A stretch of DNA of 64,000 nt from a bacterium (GCA_963675755.2 CAXXMD010000003.1:736001-800000); one strand, 5' to 3'. Counted from the first letter of the stretch, positions 18,051 through 28,515 are shown. Notes: a model not told the origin generated them from the sequence alone. Numbers and translations: made by a program.

Positions 18051-20915
18051 TTAGAACGCCATCTCCCCAAACTGCCCGGCAATCACCTCAAGGTCCGGGT
18101 GGCTCACTTCTACCGGTGGTTTGAACAGGTGCGAATTCATATAATCCAATATACTTTTGCGGAACTGTCTGGCAACGGGACGTTCTTCCAGGTTACTGAC
18201 AATGTCGGAACCGCATACCATTATCCGGCCTTTGCCATAACCGGCTTCAAACAGCAGTCCCAGTTTCCGGGCGGTGTTCCAGTCGTCAATGACCTGTACA
18301 ATGGGACGCAGGTCGGCTGGCAGATCGTCAAGAACCAGATCCCGACTGTGCAGGGTCAAATCCCACCATTGCCAGTTGCTGTGAAATTCTGTAGGAAAGG
18401 CTTCTAACGCCGGATGTTCTACCCGGTTCACCAATCCCAGTGCGTATGCAGGCTGCCCGGGGAACCAGAGCTTGTTCCAGAAGATGCTTGCAAAGCCAAA
18501 TGCCTTGTCCTGAGGGATATCGTCCGGAGCACGAGTCAGCAGCACATCTCCACCATTCTCCAGAAAATCTATTATCTTGTCATCCAAATGATTGACAATC
18601 CGCACATCACCGGCATCTATTTCAACTTTTACAGGATACACCCAGAACGACCAGTCATTCTCAAATCCGGTTTCACCCAGCTTAACAACCAGTTTTAATT
18701 GCACGGCAGTATCAAATGTATTCAAGTCAAAGGCAACGCTTCCCAGCTTTTGCGCATTGCCAATTGGGATATTCGTTTTCTCCAAAGAGCCCTGTGCAAG
18801 GGTACGGCCATATAAATCCTTGATTTCCCAAACAGGTTCCACATCCCGCAAAACCTCCGCACCAAAATGCGACACCTCAATATCCGCTGCAAACTGTTCA
18901 TTCGTTGTCCAGGTTAGTTTTTTTATCCGTGCCAGGGGCACTGTGGCGTTGCAAAAGCGGCTGAATTCCGCGGCACTCACATAGCCTTTTTCTTCCCAGA
19001 AGGCATCCAGCACGCCCACAATTGCCGATCCCTGCCCGGGAAAGTCGTGCAGATCCAGCAGTTGGAATCCTGCATGGTTGGGTGTGCGCAGAGCCGCTTC
19101 TACCTCTTCTTTGTACAGGATGGTTTGAAACTTGCCCGAAGCCATAAGAAATTCCTTCGCCTGGTTTCCCATTCCCTTTTCTTCCAGCAGGGTCCTGGCC
19201 AGTTCAAAATTCTTTGCTTTCAGCACACCGGTATATTTTTCGGTTTCATTTAGATTCGGATAAACGCACCATTGCCCAATCTCGTGACTCACAACCGGAC
19301 CTTTAAACATAGCATCCTGTTCGGTATAATCCACTGTCATATCCAGTGGGGCCGCATCAATGCGACTGGTGTAACGGTTCAGCCAGTTGAACACACGCGG
19401 TTCACTGCGAATCTGATAATCCGCTGCGGGGATAGACGGCCATCCCGATCCGCTGGCATATAAATGCCGGTCATCGGCAGCCCGCCAGGATTGGATATTC
19501 TCTGTAAGAAAAATATCCCGATTATCTTCACGATCGGGGCCCAGTTCGTTACCCGCGCACAGCATGGTAAAAGAGGGATGATTGCCATACTCGCGTAAAA
19601 TACGTTTTGCCTCATCAACCATAAAAGCACTGATCAAGGTATCTCCAACCGGATTCGTCCATACCGGAATCTCGGTTTGCAGATACACGCCCTCCATGTC
19701 CGCCGCGCTAAAGGCAGCCTCCGGCGGCGTATACGAATGAAACCGCATATGATTGAGACCATACGCCTTGATCTGGCGAAAGATTTTGAGCCAGCCCTCA
19801 ACCGATGTATCAGGATACCCCGTAAGCGGAAAGATACAGCACTCTAATGTGCCCCTCAAAAAGGTCTTTTGTCCGTTTATCGTGATTTGTGTTCCCCGGG
19901 TTGCAATATTGCGCAGCCCGAACACGGTTTCTTTATGATCATTTTCAGATCCTGATTTCAAATCAATTGCCAAATTATAGACATTGGGCCTGAATTCGTT
20001 CCAAAGGACCGCATCTTCTCCCAAATTCAACGTGAGCCCGTGAATGGATTCACCCGGTAACAGTTCGATTTCACTGGATTTTAAAGCAGCTTTGTGCTGA
20101 TCCGGGCTATTTGCCGTTGTAGCCGCGTTCAGTTCAAGCTGAGCGTTGATTGTGGCGTTGGTGGTATTTTCCACCATAATCTTGACTCGAGCCTGCTTTT
20201 TTTGATAATCGGGATACACCTGCACATCCGCAATTCTCACATCCGGCAAAGCACGCAGAGACAGTGCTCCCACCAGTCCGTTCCAATTGGATTGGGTATG
20301 ATCGCTGACGCTGTGCGCGTCGATACCCACATTGAGCAAATATTCATTGTCCACACAAACCGAAAGTGTATGCTCACCAGGCTCCAAATCCTTAATCGTA
20401 TAACGATGCGGTGCTGCCAGGCTGTTGCATAATCCAATTCGTTCAGAATCCATCCATACGGTTGTCTGCCAGTGCGCCCGTTCAAACACCAGTTCAAGGG
20501 ATTTCCCCTGCCAACCCGCCGGGATTTGTATCTTTCGCTGATACCAGGCCTTGCCCCGGTAATACCTGTCCGGAGTGAGCCAGAACGGTACCTTGTAATC
20601 CGATTCAACATTCACAATATGCTTCCAGGGCTCCTGCTCTAACCAGTCCGGCGTACGAATGCGCCCAATCCATTTCGTATCAGGATTTGGAACCTCGCCG
20701 TATCCCTGCTCCTGCAAAGAGCCGGGCAAATGGATTGTATCCTCAAATTCTGTGGTGTACCATTGCTCATCCACGCCCCTGTCATCGGGATCGAGTTTAA
20801 TCTGCCACTCGCCGGCCAGATCCATTGTATTCCTGTTATTACCACATCCGGATAAAATCATTATGGTGAGAATTAAGAAAAAACAGAAAAGAAAACGAAA
20901 GGATTTCATAATCAT
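18051..20915 (-). CDS. Glycoside hydrolase family 2 lipoprotein (beta-galactosidase/beta-glucuronidase-like)
   Basis: LSGC lipobox; DLAGEW, AWYQRKI, FGLRNI, GLNHMRFHS, NHPSF...GNE (acid/base), VSHEIGQW (nucleophile region). Confidence 0.88.
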   Translation of the reverse strand: MIMKSFRFLFCFFLILTIMILSGCGNNRNTMDLAGEWQIKLDPDDRGVDEQWYTTEFEDTIHLPGSLQEQGYGEVPNPDTKWIGRIRTPDWLEQEPWKHIVNVESDYKVPFWLTPDRYYRGKAWYQRKIQIPAGWQGKSLELVFERAHWQTTVWMDSERIGLCNSLAAPHRYTIKDLEPGEHTLSVCVDNEYLLNVGIDAHSVSDHTQSNWNGLVGALSLRALPDVRIADVQVYPDYQKKQARVKIMVENTTNATINAQLELNAATTANSPDQHKAALKSSEIELLPGESIHGLTLNLGEDAVLWNEFRPNVYNLAIDLKSGSENDHKETVFGLRNIATRGTQITINGQKTFLRGTLECCIFPLTGYPDTSVEGWLKIFRQIKAYGLNHMRFHSYTPPEAAFSAADMEGVYLQTEIPVWTNPVGDTLISAFMVDEAKRILREYGNHPSFTMLCAGNELGPDREDNRDIFLTENIQSWRAADDRHLYASGSGWPSIPAADYQIRSEPRVFNWLNRYTSRIDAAPLDMTVDYTEQDAMFKGPVVSHEIGQWCVYPNLNETEKYTGVLKAKNFELARTLLEEKGMGNQAKEFLMASGKFQTILYKEEVEAALRTPNHAGFQLLDLHDFPGQGSAIVGVLDAFWEEKGYVSAAEFSRFCNATVPLARIKKLTWTTNEQFAADIEVSHFGAEVLRDVEPVWEIKDLYGRTLAQGSLEKTNIPIGNAQKLGSVAFDLNTFDTAVQLKLVVKLGETGFENDWSFWVYPVKVEIDAGDVRIVNHLDDKIIDFLENGGDVLLTRAPDDIPQDKAFGFASIFWNKLWFPGQPAYALGLVNRVEHPALEAFPTEFHSNWQWWDLTLHSRDLVLDDLPADLRPIVQVIDDWNTARKLGLLFEAGYGKGRIMVCGSDIVSNLEERPVARQFRKSILDYMNSHLFKPPVEVSHPDLEVIAGQFGEMAF

Positions 20916-21195
20916 TGCCCTGCCTTAAATTATAAGGTTTTATTGGAATATACTAAAATCAGGGTGGAGGGTAAAGAGGAAAATAATTTTTTCAACAAAT
21001 TTTTCGATTGTTTTGATTGTCTCTTGCATATAATTAAATATTCAAGTAAAAACCATATAAATAGAAGCTTTACTCTCTTAATCCTCATAGATTAATTAAC
21101 TAAGATATAGGATCCCCCACCAGCCCCAATCATCTCCCATGCACCCCCCACTTCTGATCGTTGGAGCAGAGAAAAACACATCACAAATCAACAAC

Positions 21196-22680
21196 CTATT
21201 CTACAAACTGAAAAGCATATAATTTACAGTCTTGCATAACAATCCGTAGTTTTACAGCCTTTCCTGACAGCTCACTTGTATCGCTGGTGTTTTTCCACCT
21301 TACCGGCATCCTGACTGAATTACCGTTGAGGGGCAGAGCATCGGCTCGGGTATAGCCCTTTAATGGCTTGTTGTTTTGGTCAAGAATTTCCACAAAGGCA
21401 GAACCTCCGCCGCTGGTCTGTAAATTCAATTCGAGAGATTTCCCTTTAAATTTTATCAGCGGGGTGACAATTTCACCCCCTTTATAATCTGTATCTAGAG
21501 AAACAAATCCATCCAGACGTAATACCGCCCGGCCAATTCCCGACTCGAGTTTTTCAGCCCCATGCGCCAATTGACCCGAATGGTCCTGATTTGAACCGGC
21601 AAAATAAAACCATAATTCATCTCCCATTTGAATTGGGTTTGGCATTGCCCAAATCATACTTGAATAAAAACTGTTTTCAGGGCCAAGATGAAGGAAAGGT
21701 TTCCGATCTTGCCGGGTAAACGTCTTTCCATCCCGACTGGAAGCAAATCTCACATCAAATGAATTCGGCCCCAACTTTACACTTTTGTCACGAGCAAACC
21801 AATGCCAAAATGCCTGTGCAAGCATAATATACATTCCATTTTCATCGGGATATTTGAAAACCGTAGCGCCATAATAATCCACAGGAGGTTGGTTGGTAGG
21901 TGTATCATATAATGCCCTGTCAATAGAATCGGGTTCAAAAACGATTAGCTCATTATCCCAATTTATCAAATCATCGGATTCAAGTCTACGTACAGTTCTA
22001 TAATTCTCGTTTTTATCCTCGAACCGAAACCATTCCCGAGTATACATAACATAGCGAGATATGGTGGCATCCCAAAATATTATATTCTGAGTGTCCTTGT
22101 CGCCAATTTCGGGCTTGGCAAAAAGTTTCCAGTCAATGCCATCCGGCGAACTGTGCATATACAGCTCACCACTGGGATACGCTTTTGCCTGTGTCTTGTA
22201 CCGCTCATTTGCAGGAGCTTTGGGATCAATCCAAACAGCACAGCCGCCAATTGTTGCAGGCAAAACGCAATTGTTTTGCATTGAACCCTCAACCTCGACT
22301 TTGTTCAAAATCCGTTTTTCAAAATGGATGCCATCGTCAGATTCAGCAAAAGCAACATACCTGTTTCCATTTTCGCTGTCATATAAATCATACCACAGCT
22401 TAATTTTTCCATCATCTTTTAACACACTGCAATAAACGGGAATGTATTTTGTCGCACTATTTTCCCAGGGCTGGTCATTGGTCAACAATATCTCGTTATA
22501 TTGATGAGGCGTGTTCATTGTTCGAGTTATTCCGCTGCTCGTTTCTATAAACTTTTCATCAATGAATAGCTGTTTATTTGATGATACATTTATAATTTGC
22601 TGAGGAACCTGTGCTTTCAAATTCACGAAAAAAAATTGCCATACCAGAGTTAAAAGAATGATAATTTTAAATTTTTTCAT
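21196..22680 (-). CDS. Secreted GH32/GH43-like beta-propeller protein, paralog of 3109-4809
   Basis: Signal peptide from ATG 22680; KQLFID, SDDGIHF, SPDGIDW, SRDGKTF; LRLDGFVSLD...KLYAFQF. Confidence 0.68.
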   Translation of the reverse strand: MKKFKIIILLTLVWQFFFVNLKAQVPQQIINVSSNKQLFIDEKFIETSSGITRTMNTPHQYNEILLTNDQPWENSATKYIPVYCSVLKDDGKIKLWYDLYDSENGNRYVAFAESDDGIHFEKRILNKVEVEGSMQNNCVLPATIGGCAVWIDPKAPANERYKTQAKAYPSGELYMHSSPDGIDWKLFAKPEIGDKDTQNIIFWDATISRYVMYTREWFRFEDKNENYRTVRRLESDDLINWDNELIVFEPDSIDRALYDTPTNQPPVDYYGATVFKYPDENGMYIMLAQAFWHWFARDKSVKLGPNSFDVRFASSRDGKTFTRQDRKPFLHLGPENSFYSSMIWAMPNPIQMGDELWFYFAGSNQDHSGQLAHGAEKLESGIGRAVLRLDGFVSLDTDYKGGEIVTPLIKFKGKSLELNLQTSGGGSAFVEILDQNNKPLKGYTRADALPLNGNSVRMPVRWKNTSDTSELSGKAVKLRIVMQDCKLYAFQFVE

Positions 22681-22925
22681 GACAAATTTCTCCGGTTTTA
22701 TAAATGTGCAAAACATTTTTCAAGGAAATAAACGGATGGCTTCCTGCATTTGTGATTCTTTTTTGAAATTAATAAAAATCAACAATACAATCAATCATTT
22801 AACCAGGCCATTCCGATCGTCAAACGGGACATTTTCTTCTGCTGTGCTGTACATGTGTGTAATATAGAGCCAAAAACCTGAACATTTTCGCCCCAAGAAG
22901 AACAAGACCTGCATAAATCAAACGA

Positions 22926-24503
22926 CTAGAAGGATTCCTCGTCCTTGATTTTTTGCGCTTTCCTGATAATTGCTTCAGGATATCCTTGAATTTCAAGCAA
23001 TTTTATTGCATTACCAGTAAAACAAGGACCTTTTTGAATTTTATAGCTAAAGTAAAATTCATTATTTTTTATATTATCCCCAAAGTGATACATTTCATAA
23101 CTCTCTTTTAACAGACTTTGCAATTCAATATCATGTGTTGTAACAAAGACCTGCCCGTTTTGTCCCAAATGCTCCAAAACTGAAGTTGAAATTGCCAATC
23201 GCTCAACCGTATTGGTCCCCCGAAATATCTCATCAATCAGAAATATAGTATTTCCTTTCTCGTTTGCAATTTGAATAAATTTTTTCAAACCCTCAACTTC
23301 AACAAAAAAATAGCTTTTAGAATGCTCTAAATCTTCTTCCCTTTTTATTGCAGATTTGACCTGATAGCCCGGCAATTCAAAATTTTCAGCATGACAAAAA
23401 TAAAAGGTTTGGGCCAATATTACATTTATACCTATACTCTTTATAAATGTAGTCTTGCCCGACATATTGGATCCCGTGATCAGAATGGATTTATTATTCT
23501 GTTCAAGACTATTGGCAATGGGTTTTTCCAGCAAAGGATGATAGAGATTTGTAAAACTGATTTTCTTTTCATCATTAAATATTGGTTTCGAATAAAAATC
23601 CGTTCCGGAAAGATATGAAGCGACTGAAATATGCGCATCAAGACTGGCAACTTTGACAAAAATGTCACAAACTCTGTCTTGATATTTATTCAACTCATTT
23701 ACAGATCCATAATATGCTATCAAGTCAAACAGAAAAAAAAGATTAAAGTACTCTATGAGGTATATGATGACATCACTCGCACCTTCTTTTTCCAATACAA
23801 ATCGGCCTATTTTCCTTTTCAGCTTTTTAATGTCATCTTTTTGTTTTTTCAAACTGTCTAATTGTGGAATGTTATCATCGGTTTCGAGCTTGCACATTTG
23901 CCCTGCAACGATTAATAATGTATTCAAACTCGAGAATCCTGCAAAATTCTCATACACTTGAGCAGAAAGCTTTTTATTTATAAAAATATTTAAAAGTAAC
24001 ATCCCTACTGTACAATATAGAAAAAATGGTATAAAGTATATCAGAGCAATTGAAAGTATTGATAAAAATGATAAAAATATCAACAAATAATACAAATTGG
24101 ATCGAGGTGGTATATTATGCAGAATTAAACTGGGTATAAAATACGCTTTAAAATCTGATAATTTTGCCAACAGAGCTTGCAGGGAGAATCGAACAGTTTT
24201 GTTTTTGAGGAAATAATGAATCAATCCAGATCTGTCTTTTAATACTGTTTCATTACTTTCATATTTGCGAAGTAGATAATATAAATATTGCTGCCCCGAG
24301 CTCGACACACACCTGTCCATTTTTGTAAAAACAGAATCAAACTCTAAATCTGTCCAGGTTTTCTCATCAACAAAATCGTTTTCATTTTGGGGTCTCATAT
24401 TATCATAATAAATAGAGATAAAATCCATATTCCGGGTTCTTGAAACAGGTTTGCCCCATTGTTGTTCCAAATTTTGTAAAATTTTCTTTTTCTTTGAGAA
24501 CAT
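22926..24503 (-). CDS. MutS-like ATPase (domain V only) with internal transmembrane helices
   Basis: Walker A GSNMSGKTT, DEIFRGTN, TTHD; hydrophobic segment around aa 140-180; no mismatch-recognition domain. Confidence 0.88.
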   Translation of the reverse strand: MFSKKKKILQNLEQQWGKPVSRTRNMDFISIYYDNMRPQNENDFVDEKTWTDLEFDSVFTKMDRCVSSSGQQYLYYLLRKYESNETVLKDRSGLIHYFLKNKTVRFSLQALLAKLSDFKAYFIPSLILHNIPPRSNLYYLLIFLSFLSILSIALIYFIPFFLYCTVGMLLLNIFINKKLSAQVYENFAGFSSLNTLLIVAGQMCKLETDDNIPQLDSLKKQKDDIKKLKRKIGRFVLEKEGASDVIIYLIEYFNLFFLFDLIAYYGSVNELNKYQDRVCDIFVKVASLDAHISVASYLSGTDFYSKPIFNDEKKISFTNLYHPLLEKPIANSLEQNNKSILITGSNMSGKTTFIKSIGINVILAQTFYFCHAENFELPGYQVKSAIKREEDLEHSKSYFFVEVEGLKKFIQIANEKGNTIFLIDEIFRGTNTVERLAISTSVLEHLGQNGQVFVTTHDIELQSLLKESYEMYHFGDNIKNNEFYFSYKIQKGPCFTGNAIKLLEIQGYPEAIIRKAQKIKDEESF

Positions 24504-24738
24504 GAGAATCTCCCTCAAAACACAAAATTCCCTGATGAAATAGCATTATTGTAAATTGTGAACAAAAATAACAGTATTAATGAATTGCAATAATTAACAG
24601 GTTAATAATTAGCTTCCCTTAATTCCCCTAAAATTTTAAGTATTTATTAATAAATGTATATTTATGGATTATTGCAAGAATAAAATAAAAGGTATAATTC
24701 AGTGGATAATTGATTTTGGGTATCAATCAAACAGTAGT

Positions 24739-25446
24739 CTATTTTACCAGCCACACCCGCCAGGTCACCGCACCAATAGGCGGATCTTTGAACGCAACGG
24801 TGCGGATCTCACCAGATGCCAGTCCGTCTGCCTGGGTATGAATAAACTGCGAGTCCCCGCTCATCTCGGTGCCGGAACGATCAAAATAGGTGATACACAC
24901 TTTGAATTCAGGTTTGCTGTTGCGAAACTGCACACTGTCCAGGCGCCCCGTATGCTCCAGCACCTTGACCACCGATTCAATAACCTTTTGCCCCTTGTCA
25001 TTGAATTTGATTGGTGATACACTCAGCACCTTGAGTGCGCCATTATTATCGATTCCCATTTGCTGAACCAGTTGAATACGTCTACGCACCTGGTTCTTTA
25101 ATATGGTATCAAACACCACAGGATCAATGGTGCCAATAACCGTCATACACACCTTGTGGTCGGTTTCGGTTTGTTCAGCGATTTGTATATTCTTGATATA
25201 GGTACCGGTCAGGCTTTGTACAATATCATTGGTGATCTGAAAATTATCTACAATTGCCGCGGCTTCAACAAAAACATGGTAGGATTCGATTGCATTGCGC
25301 AAGGCAAGGGTACGCGTGAGTTGCCGTACTTCAAGCAGAGTTTCGTTATCGCCATACTGGTAGCAATACCGCCCGGTAATCACCTCTTCTGCAGCAAAAG
25401 CACCAACACAGAAGAACAATAATATAATTACAATTCTAACCTTCAT
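24739..25446 (-). CDS. Secreted hypothetical protein (N-terminus reminiscent of LPP20/FlgT-N-like fold)
   Basis: Signal peptide ending AFA; 'ALRNAIES...VFVEA...ITNDIVQSLTGTYIKN' pattern. Confidence 0.5.
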   Translation of the reverse strand: MKVRIVIILLFFCVGAFAAEEVITGRYCYQYGDNETLLEVRQLTRTLALRNAIESYHVFVEAAAIVDNFQITNDIVQSLTGTYIKNIQIAEQTETDHKVCMTVIGTIDPVVFDTILKNQVRRRIQLVQQMGIDNNGALKVLSVSPIKFNDKGQKVIESVVKVLEHTGRLDSVQFRNSKPEFKVCITYFDRSGTEMSGDSQFIHTQADGLASGEIRTVAFKDPPIGAVTWRVWLVK

Positions 25447-25448
25447 GG

Positions 25449-26153
25449 CTAAATATTCTGATTGGTCACCAGATTCACCAGAGAGAACGCCACTTTCAGG
25501 CGGCCCAAAATCTCCTGGGTGCCGGGCACTGCTTGCAATTGCTCGTTTTGCGGAGCTCCGCTGGCATGAAAATGGAATTGCAACTCGAATTTCTTTTCTT
25601 CTTCTTCGTCAGGTATATCAAACTTTTCAAAATACTCGAATTTGGTTTCCATTTTCAGGGTCTGAAACATGGGATTAGCAGATTCAACCTGAAAGGCCAT
25701 TGCACCCAAATAGGGCTGGCGTGCAACCAGTTTCTGTTTCAGGTTTGACGTAACCCGTTTGGGTTTATATCCTTTGGACTTTTTATCCGTAATAAACAGT
25801 TTTGACTTTTTATGAATTTTCTTAAAATCAAGCGAATAGAGTCCCGATTGACCGGGGTCCACATCCAGAATATAAATTGCAACATTCTGCTGTTGAATGG
25901 TGGTTATCAAGGTATTGACACGGTTCACAACATCCTGGTTTGTTTCTGACTGCTGCCAGGCCTGTAATAATTCAGGCGAAAGATAGGTACAGTGAATATC
26001 ACATTGCAGGCTGTTAAAATCGTTCAATGTTGTTTCATAGGTCCATTTTTTAAAAACGTCCCGTAAAGACTGGGCATACACTGTTTCCCAAACAGCAGAC
26101 ACCATCACAAACACGATTAAAATGGGGAAAATCCGTTTCATAGCACCGCTCAC
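25449..26153 (-). CDS. Secreted hypothetical protein
   Basis: Signal peptide (VYA|Q); tightly packed in an operon with both neighbours; alternative ATG at 26141. Confidence 0.6.
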   Translation of the reverse strand: MSGAMKRIFPILIVFVMVSAVWETVYAQSLRDVFKKWTYETTLNDFNSLQCDIHCTYLSPELLQAWQQSETNQDVVNRVNTLITTIQQQNVAIYILDVDPGQSGLYSLDFKKIHKKSKLFITDKKSKGYKPKRVTSNLKQKLVARQPYLGAMAFQVESANPMFQTLKMETKFEYFEKFDIPDEEEEKKFELQFHFHASGAPQNEQLQAVPGTQEILGRLKVAFSLVNLVTNQNI

Positions 26154-26161
26154 ATATTTTA

Positions 26162-26806
26162 TTATAGCTCGCGGATACCCTCTAAAACATCAGCAAAATT
26201 GTTAAATGGCCGGTATGGTTTGCCAGTCTGCTCACATAGTTCAGCCAGAGCATCTTTGGCAAAGGTTATATCTGCTTCTCGCATACCGCAAACATCCGAA
26301 TGACCGTCACCAATATAAACGGACAATTCATCGTCTTGTGTTTCCTGACGCACATGGGTACCCTTGCAGTTGCCGCAATTGCAGCAACCCTCTTTATACC
26401 AGGGATATTCTACAAAAAGCGTACCATCATCGTGCATTTCAAGGTGATTGGCGCGCACCTCAAGATCACCTAAACCATTGTTTTTTAATATTCTTTTAAT
26501 ATAAGCATCCATACCATCACTCACAACATAGACAGGGATGTGATAATCACGGCAAAATTGTACAAAAACGGGAAAATTTGGGTCTATTTTCTGAGTAGCG
26601 GCAAATTCATCCATTTGAGTCGGGGTAATGGGTGTAATGGCAAATTGTTTTCGCCAAAGGTCCCGGCCATCCAGTTCCTCTCGTTTCCATTTATCTACAA
26701 GATCCCACCAATGGGCCGCATCTCCGAATGTTGTTATCAAAACATTGCCCACATCATTCTGAGCAATGGTACCATCAAAATCACAAAAAATTCTAAGCTT
26801 TTTCAT
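26162..26806 (-). CDS. HAD-IB phosphatase, MtnX-like
   Basis: CDFDGT (motif I), VVSDG (II), CKG (III), YIGDGHSD (IV). ATG 26806 with AGGTG SD. Confidence 0.88.
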   Translation of the reverse strand: MKKLRIFCDFDGTIAQNDVGNVLITTFGDAAHWWDLVDKWKREELDGRDLWRKQFAITPITPTQMDEFAATQKIDPNFPVFVQFCRDYHIPVYVVSDGMDAYIKRILKNNGLGDLEVRANHLEMHDDGTLFVEYPWYKEGCCNCGNCKGTHVRQETQDDELSVYIGDGHSDVCGMREADITFAKDALAELCEQTGKPYRPFNNFADVLEGIREL

Positions 26807-26880
26807 ATCACCTTTTTGAATATCGTACAAGAGTAAATTTCAAGTTTGTAATTTAATATTTTTTACATTAAAAATCAACC

Positions 26881-26909
26881 TTGACACAGGTCAACAAATA
26901 ATGTAAATT
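26881..26909 (+). promoter_or_regulatory. Putative promoter with overlapping TTGAC-N4-GTCAA palindrome
   Basis: TTGACA-17 nt-TAAATT; 26881-26894 reads TTGAC ACAG GTCAA. Confidence 0.55.
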
Positions 26910-27018
26910 TAGATAGCAATAAGAAAATTTAAGAGCAATTAATAATTAGGGCAAAATTTACCCTGATATTGTACCATAAAACCACGCAACATAAAAACAA
27001 CTCGTTGTAGGAGGTCTT

Positions 27019-28320
27019 ATGAAAAAATTGATACTGCTCTTCTTTTCCTTCACTTTAATCCATTCTGCCATTGCGGCAACATCCAGTTCTCTTGTATTTG
27101 ACGGATCCGGTGATTATGTCACATGCGGAAACGATGCAAGCATTCAGCTTACCGGTAATATCACCGTAGAAGCCTGGGTAAAAGCAGCAGGTACCGGCTA
27201 TGGGGGACTTGCTTCGAAATTGGTCCATGAAGCCAGCCGAGAGGGATACGAATTAGCTATAAATGCTAATTTAACAATATCTTTTCTGGTTGGCCAAAAC
27301 AATACAAACTGGAATCAGGCTACATCATCGGTTGGCGTCACATATGATACCTGGACCCATGTTGCAGGGACCTATGATGGCAGCAACATCAGAGTTTATA
27401 TCAATGGAACTTTGAGAGGTACTACAGCCTATAGCAATGGCATTATTGATTCCGGAAATCCATTAACTCTGGGTTCAAGAGGAACTGGCAATTATCTAAC
27501 CGGCAGCCTCGATGAAGTCAGAATATGGAATGTTGTCCGCTCCGAAACCCAAATTAATGACAACAAAGATATCGAACTCACCGGCTCAGAATCAGGCCTT
27601 GTTGCCTATTATAAAATGAATGACGGCAGCGGATCTACTTTAACAGACAACAGTACCAACTCCAACACAGGCACGTTAATGGGTGATACCTATTGGGGTG
27701 ATGACAGTTTACCTGTTGAATTAACATCTTTTACCGCCGCAAGTACAACAGAAGGTGTGGAATTGAGATGGACAACTGAAAATGAAATTGACAATCTTGG
27801 ATTTGTATTAGAGCGGGCAGCAAATAAAAACGGCCCATGGCAGGAAATTGCGTCTTTTAATACCCATAATGCGCTTGTAGGACAAGGCACCATTTCTCAA
27901 ACAACAAACTATACATTCATTGATAATTCTATAGAATTTGGTTCGAATTATTTTTACAAGCTATCAGATGTTAACATTAACGGAACGGTTACAACACTCT
28001 CAACTCTGAATGTTAATTTAACAGAAAACACTACAGTACCCAACAAAACAGAATTGTACAATGCGTATCCGAATCCTTTTAATCCGGAAACCAGTATCAG
28101 CTACTATTTAGACAAAGATACAAATGTATCTCTCTCTATCTATAATATTTTGGGAGTAAAAATTAAGGACATTTTTACAGGCACCCAATCCGCAGGTAAC
28201 CACAATTTTAAATGGAATGGAACGGACCAAAACGGTACAAATTTGCCTTCAGGAGTTTATATCCTTCAGCTTCAGACTCTTAACGCCAATCATTATCAAA
28301 ATATTATATTGCTGAAATAA
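27019..28320 (+). CDS. Secreted LamG/concanavalin-A-like jellyroll protein with C-terminal sorting domain
   Basis: SLVFDGSGDYV, WTHVAGTYDG, LDEVRIWNVVRS, LPVELTSFTA linker, NAYPNPFNP tail; AGGAGG SD. Confidence 0.88.
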   Translation: MKKLILLFFSFTLIHSAIAATSSSLVFDGSGDYVTCGNDASIQLTGNITVEAWVKAAGTGYGGLASKLVHEASREGYELAINANLTISFLVGQNNTNWNQATSSVGVTYDTWTHVAGTYDGSNIRVYINGTLRGTTAYSNGIIDSGNPLTLGSRGTGNYLTGSLDEVRIWNVVRSETQINDNKDIELTGSESGLVAYYKMNDGSGSTLTDNSTNSNTGTLMGDTYWGDDSLPVELTSFTAASTTEGVELRWTTENEIDNLGFVLERAANKNGPWQEIASFNTHNALVGQGTISQTTNYTFIDNSIEFGSNYFYKLSDVNINGTVTTLSTLNVNLTENTTVPNKTELYNAYPNPFNPETSISYYLDKDTNVSLSIYNILGVKIKDIFTGTQSAGNHNFKWNGTDQNGTNLPSGVYILQLQTLNANHYQNIILLK

Positions 28321-28324
28321 CATC

Positions 28325-28366
28325 AAATCCCCTGTTTCAGAATTTTGTTTGGAACAGGGGGATTTT
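28325..28366 (+). terminator. Intrinsic terminator after the LamG gene
   Basis: AAATCCCCTGTTTCA...TGGAACAGGGGGATTTT stem-loop immediately after the stop. Confidence 0.65.
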
Positions 28367-28515
28367 CCCCAACTCTTATATATACAACTCGACCAACTCA
28401 TCACAGGCAATTTTATCCAACTTAATTATCTATCAATTTGGTAAGCACAAATTTTCTATTATACTTGATGAAAAGTCATTTCAAGGGGAGGAGAATTATC
28501 AAGATTTCCCTATAT

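Noticed and set aside
22926-24503. Canonical mismatch-repair mutS
   Set aside because: Only ~525 aa, has TM helices and lacks domain I.
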